From Candidatus Dadabacteria bacterium (lineage in GTDB: Bacteria > Desulfobacterota_D > UBA1144 > Nemesobacterales > CSP1-2), in NCBI GenBank assembly GCA_963805855.1, contig CAWDVW010000005.1, positions 576,001-640,000 of the forward strand: a stretch of DNA of 64,000 bases. The letters are read 5' to 3'. Numbering within the stretch: position 1 is the stretch's first letter; every line of letters starts with the position of its first letter. The notes under the pieces were generated by a model. The model saw only the letters and a list, made by a program, of their open reading frames with translations. It did not search any database and was not told the DNA's origin. Shown piece after piece: positions 62,101-64,000 of the stretch. The position numbers were made by a program, and so were the translations under genes.

Positions 62101-62394
62101 TTGGGGGGTCATTCGTTAAAGGCAACGCAAGTTATTTCACGAATCAAAGACGCCATGAAGCTAGAATTACATCAAGACATTATTTATAAAAATCCGACGA
62201 TAGCTAAGCTTGCCAGATTTATAAAAACGTGCGGCCTGAGCGACCAGAATTTATCGTTACCAACAATAGCCTCTCGATCTAAAATAACGGAAGAAGATAA
62301 GATTATGAAATACCAAATTACAAATGTTGATGACCTAACCGATGAGGAAGTTGACTCCGCACTATCCGAACTTTTGAAAGAAGATACACAATGA
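53182..62394 (+). CDS. Non-ribosomal peptide synthetase, C-C-A(N-MT)-T-C-A-T
   Basis: HHxxxDG x3 (HHIVCDG, HHIISDG, HHIIFDG); YTSGSTG x2; VLEIGCGTG and NSVIRYFP methyltransferase inside A1; GGHS x2; acidic C-terminal docking-like tail. Exact start uncertain. Confidence 0.95.
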   Translation: MYRMCRINSDIVPGKRNEGFAPLSFGQERLWILHQLNPGGSSYNESGAVRFNGPLNLSTLNDTLNEIIRRHAILRTTFPVTEGKPFQFINPSLKLPLPMDDLSNLLKSDRHSKATQIIEEEVKKPFDLSKGPLIRYRVLRLNEEEHWFIITFHHIVCDGWSIGLFTKEVVNVYNAFAQGKPSPLPELPTQYADYALWQRDRMHGGGLESQLNYWRYKLSGAPPGLAIPTDRPKTADNNFIHGGQCFEIPKKLYKSLLELKEREKITLFMVMLASFDALLHHYTGDEDVIVFSPIAGRNYAKIRRLIGFFVNTLVLRTDVSGNPTFRDLLRRVKNDCVGAYRHQDLPFQKLVEELRPKQVSDRANRVQVAFMLHRELVEPIKLSEELTLEPIKYDIGIDEVDLTFILWEGREKITGSVQYNASLFEDSTVTCMVRNFRALLECIAENPDQRIASLPILSEDGSNKLIVNKNRIPQKVTTKTHRHSIEEIYRLSNLTKNQLLVWMGQKLQPEAPVYNLAATLTIFGEVIPELFQDAFRTLVNSSDALRTVIREVGGLPQRVVLENSQHGIEFLDFSKVHEPEMRLKSYLDKQSELLFDLEKCLFNSALIKLSEKKYVWYLNQHHIISDGWSVWLIFNKFYDIYENMLRGESKNKIELPKYEDYIQFERDYYSSSRYLKDEAYWQEKLREDTEPITFYGKSNLFSTTNVERVSFDLGATRSRKLRELAQHEDIRSGTVDVSLFNIFAALLNTYLYKVSGNEMLTLGTIFHNRRSRAFKETIGLFMQMLPIRVFVEEDETFLSLINKLKGEMHGIIRHGQYSLGNRPQKKVYDVLLNYHNMSNETHREFNGSPVLAEAVHSGHESDSLGLRILDFGSTGSLNLEFDFNCDVFAEEDRKKVVSHLLRILDAFLEDKNQSLDDIKLLRHEEEQPILVDFNQTRKEYPYDRSIHELFLEQVRKRPDATAVASKNSTLTYRELNERANQLAHHLIGLGVDQESIVGLCLERSVEMIVGLLGILKAGGAYLPLDPSYPKERLAFMLRDANVSVLITQRGFEARLPENGAKVVLIDTQWNEISKESKRNPRHAVSPDNLAYIIYTSGSTGVPKGVAVQHRSVVNHNLDVSRRYGLREDDRVLQFYSISFDGAVEEIFPTLISGATLVLRGEDILAPGSELLGFIDSNEISVVNLPTAYWHEWVKELPSTNGRFPNSLRLVIVGGDKVSPDRYKTWGEVVDGRVRLIDTYGPTETTVISTMAEVNGASRLSIGRPIANTKTYILDKRMHPVPIGVAGELHIGGLGVARGYLNRPDLTAERFLPNPFGDDPGERLYRTGDLARYLEDGNIEFLGRIDHQVKIRGFRVELGEIESMILEHPGVKEAAVMAREDQPGNKRLVAYVIPNEENNLHNKSNAAAELAAEQISQWRTVFEDPFSEHLPDTDPTFNIEGWNSSYTGGPIPQEEMREWVENTANRIISRKPSRVLEIGCGTGLLLFRIAPHCAKYVGTDFSESALSNIKKQLAKGDKGLERVSLFHRLADNFEGFEEGDFDSVIINSVIRYFPSLEYLLSVLDGAVKVLSNGGFLFIGDVRSLPLLEAFHASVQLHRSSAVTTKRQLQELVQKRLFHEEELVIDPSFFLALKHHFRQISHVEIKGKHGYYNNELTRFRYDVILHIGSEYLKLLRPKWTDWREGGMSLESIRRYLSESQPDILGIKNVPNARLLVELKTLEWLKSNDGPDKVADFRRTLSEVSMSGVDPEALRILGNELQYQTDIAWSGPSKYFCFDAVFSRVNTARTINLWSDDSNINETDFHAATLDSYANNPLTSRTANRLISNLRSFIEDKLPAYMSPSSFVVMQSLPKTAGGKIHRNSLPPPEGERPELDRDYVPPRTPTENKLAEIWSEVLGIEHIGVYDNFFELGGHSLLAVQIINRIQEIFKKEFQLKNLFTDPTIATLARIIELEVNSDQAQKIHSIPQSSRDSNLPLSSAQERSWFLDRLDPGGTAYNMITAFRINGSINLNALEWSLNEIIRRHEALRTTFQEVDGKPFQVISPFKRIQIPTVDLTKLNEMERENEALRIVKKEIMKPFDLKKGPLYSVSLLKLSDKEFIVVFIIHHIIFDGWSANILINEMTVFYQAFPMEERAPIPKLKFQYGDFAQWQRSWLESELMAKQLSDWTEKLGGQLPKLELPIDHPRPPVFTFKGATTKKFVLPKALSTRLKDLSLKEGVTIFVTLLAALKILLYRYTNEKDIIVASPTSGRHHPEIENLIGFFVNPLIFRSRISPEHTFRQTLARVREVCLDAFSLQDVPFEKIIDAIRLERNPGVTPISQVAFSFESPPKRYQLPEAISIEPLDIDTGTAKTDFALFISELDGGLEGRVEYYSEIFDESTINRMTSHFQILLESIINNPDRRVSDLNILTKEDREKVLVKWNEESREYTNERCIHELFEQQVDKAPENIAVVFEDQELTYRELDERANKLAYYLQSLGVGPETLVGLSMDRSLEMIVGLLGILKAGGTYVPIDASYPAERLALIFDDSKLQVLLTQNHLESNLFHRNTRSTPKGIKHILCIDADQEISSKIPNKHQTANVSHDNLAVIFYTSGSTGKPKGVELAHLGICNFTEELSRDLQIAPNDRILQFASPSFVVSIIEIFTALSRGSTLVMGSQKSLMPGTPLTRSLIDNRISIAILPPSIISSLNTIDLPELRILIATGESVTSEIARRWSSTRKCFNLYGTTETGVATLGKLNGQAGDVPLIGRPISHMQVYLLDNRLNPVPVGVRGEIYIAGTGLARGYVKRPDPTSEKFIPNPFDRKPGSLMYRSGDFARYRPDGSLEFLGRLDNQVKIRGFRIELSELDALMLQHPHVRHALALVQDDYPKGKRIVVYFSPSQDKKIDVSEIREFLKQKLPYYMMPSNIVLLNKWPQTESGKIDRTKLPLPDKSRPELKEAYIAPSSAAEEMLELIFAAVLGIENVGINDNFFDLGGHSLKATQVISRIKDAMKLELHQDIIYKNPTIAKLARFIKTCGLSDQNLSLPTIASRSKITEEDKIMKYQITNVDDLTDEEVDSALSELLKEDTQ

Positions 62395-64000
62395 ATGACA
62401 ACCCAAAAAATACACCAATCCTCACACCCGCGGAAAAGCGCCGGCTTCTAGCTGAGAAACTTCGCGAGAAAGGCAAAAAACCAACCAATTTCCCTCTTTC
62501 GTATGCTCAGCAAAGGATATGGTATTTTGAGCAACTGCTTCCGGGTACACCTGTTTATAATATTCCTTTTTCCTGGCGTATCTTAGGTCGATTGAAAATA
62601 AGCGCACTGGAGCAAAGTCTAAATGAAATAGTAAAAAGGCAAGCGGTTTTAAAAACAAACTTTTCGACAAGCGATGGCCAGCCCGTTCAAATCCTTTCAG
62701 ACCGCCCGCAAATAGAGATCTCGGTTCAGGACCTTTCAAAATCAGCTCCCGACGACCAAGAACAATTCATAGAACAAATAAAAAACGAAGAATCAAGGAC
62801 TACATTTGATCTTGCCGGTGGACCGCTAATCCGCGTAAAGTTACTGAAGCTAGGAGAGGAAGACCACATCCTTTTAACGACAATTCATCACATTGTCTTC
62901 GACGGGTGGTCTACACAGGTATTCAACCGGGAGCTTTCGACGATATATCAAGCTTTATCAGATGGAAGCCGGTACTCCCTCCCTGAACTTCCAATCCAGT
63001 ACCCCGACTTTGCAGTCTGGCAACGTAAATGTTCCGGGGAACTATTGCTTGAAGCGCAACTTTCGTACTGGAAGCGCAAGCTTAATGATTGCCAACGTCT
63101 TAAATTGGTAACCGATCGGCCCAGACCATCGTCGAATACCTTCGGTGGTGCGTGTAAGTCCTTTGAGCTTCACACAGCGCTATACGAATCCCTCAAAGAG
63201 CTAAGCGGGTCGAATGGGGTTACCTTGTTTATGACAATGTTAGCAGCACTTAAGACGTTGCTTCATCATTACACAGCGCAAGAAGACATAGTCATTGGAA
63301 CCGATATCGCAAACCGCAATCAGACAGAAATCGAACCGCTTTTAGGCTTATTCACCAACACGTTGGTTATGCGCACCGACCTCTCTGGAAACCCGACCTT
63401 TAAGGAACTGCTATCTCGCGTAAGAAAGGAGGCTTTGGAAGCCTACAAGCATCAAGACCTTCCATTCGAACAGCTTGTCGAAGCTTTACATCCAGCACGA
63501 GACCTAAGCCACCATCCACTGTTTGACGTAATGTTCATCATGCAGGACGATCCTTTAAAGTACCTTAGCCTGCCTGGCCTGAGTATAAGTCCTCTGGAAG
63601 TACACACCGGCACTTCAAAACTTGATCTGATCTTTTTTATCTGGGAGGGGAAAAACGGTCTTCGAGGTGAAATAGAATATTACACCGAAATCTTTGAAGA
63701 GTCTACGATTTTAAGAATGATTGAACATTTTAAAACCCTCCTATTTCAGATTGCAACGAATCCGGACCGGCGAATCTCTGAGATACCGATATTGGGAGAA
63801 AAGGAAACACACCAACTTTTAGTGGCATTGAACGAAACGGAAAAGGAATACTCATACGATAAATGCTTACAACAATTGTTTGAATCTCAAGCGGAAAAGA
63901 ATCCCAACGCCCCCGCTGTAATCTTTCCTTCTAACCCTCGTCGCGCTCAGGGCTCAGGACAGGCTGAAGGCAGACAAGTTACCTACAGGGAACTAAACGA
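62391..64000 (+). CDS. Non-ribosomal peptide synthetase (C-A..., truncated by window edge)
   Basis: ATGA overlap with the previous stop; MNDNPKN...EKRRLLAEKL docking-like start, PLSYAQQRIW, HHIVFDG, then TYRELN (A1). Absent from the ORF track because no stop lies in the window. Confidence 0.93.
   Translation, partial: MNDNPKNTPILTPAEKRRLLAEKLREKGKKPTNFPLSYAQQRIWYFEQLLPGTPVYNIPFSWRILGRLKISALEQSLNEIVKRQAVLKTNFSTSDGQPVQILSDRPQIEISVQDLSKSAPDDQEQFIEQIKNEESRTTFDLAGGPLIRVKLLKLGEEDHILLTTIHHIVFDGWSTQVFNRELSTIYQALSDGSRYSLPELPIQYPDFAVWQRKCSGELLLEAQLSYWKRKLNDCQRLKLVTDRPRPSSNTFGGACKSFELHTALYESLKELSGSNGVTLFMTMLAALKTLLHHYTAQEDIVIGTDIANRNQTEIEPLLGLFTNTLVMRTDLSGNPTFKELLSRVRKEALEAYKHQDLPFEQLVEALHPARDLSHHPLFDVMFIMQDDPLKYLSLPGLSISPLEVHTGTSKLDLIFFIWEGKNGLRGEIEYYTEIFEESTILRMIEHFKTLLFQIATNPDRRISEIPILGEKETHQLLVALNETEKEYSYDKCLQQLFESQAEKNPNAPAVIFPSNPRRAQGSGQAEGRQVTYRELN

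Overview
Bacterial chromosomal window (roughly 43% GC by eye). The gene content is Deltaproteobacteria-like, possibly Candidatus Dadabacteria, but that is a tentative inference. The left half is mostly housekeeping: the tail of a glycosyltransferase/methyltransferase/carbamoyltransferase locus, aroQ, recJ, lgt, trkAH, ribF, aroE, pyrE, a sigma54-type activator divergent from a PiT/CysP-sat-cysH sulfate assimilation operon, HU and a MacAB-type exporter. The right half is accessory: an OleA/FabH-like synthase, a sulfotransferase plus an internally deleted paralog, SDRs, an amidinotransferase-fold protein, secreted Pro/Thr-linker proteins, a heterodimeric ABC exporter, and two NRPS genes (C-C-A(MT)-T-C-A-T, then C-A running off the window edge). 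Intergenic DNA is full of short palindromic repeats from several families, both GTAG/GATAG-tagged and GTC-tagged. These include a ~233 bp-period multi-hairpin tandem array at 43.2-44.4 kb and 21-39 bp micro-insertions nested in other repeats and in-frame in an NRPS. The most intriguing candidate system is a 96-aa stand-alone GIY-YIG nuclease inside the densest cluster of GTC-tagged palindromes, arranged like a RAYT/REP locus. No rRNA, tRNA or CRISPR array was recognised. All calls come from reading motifs by eye; no database searches were run.
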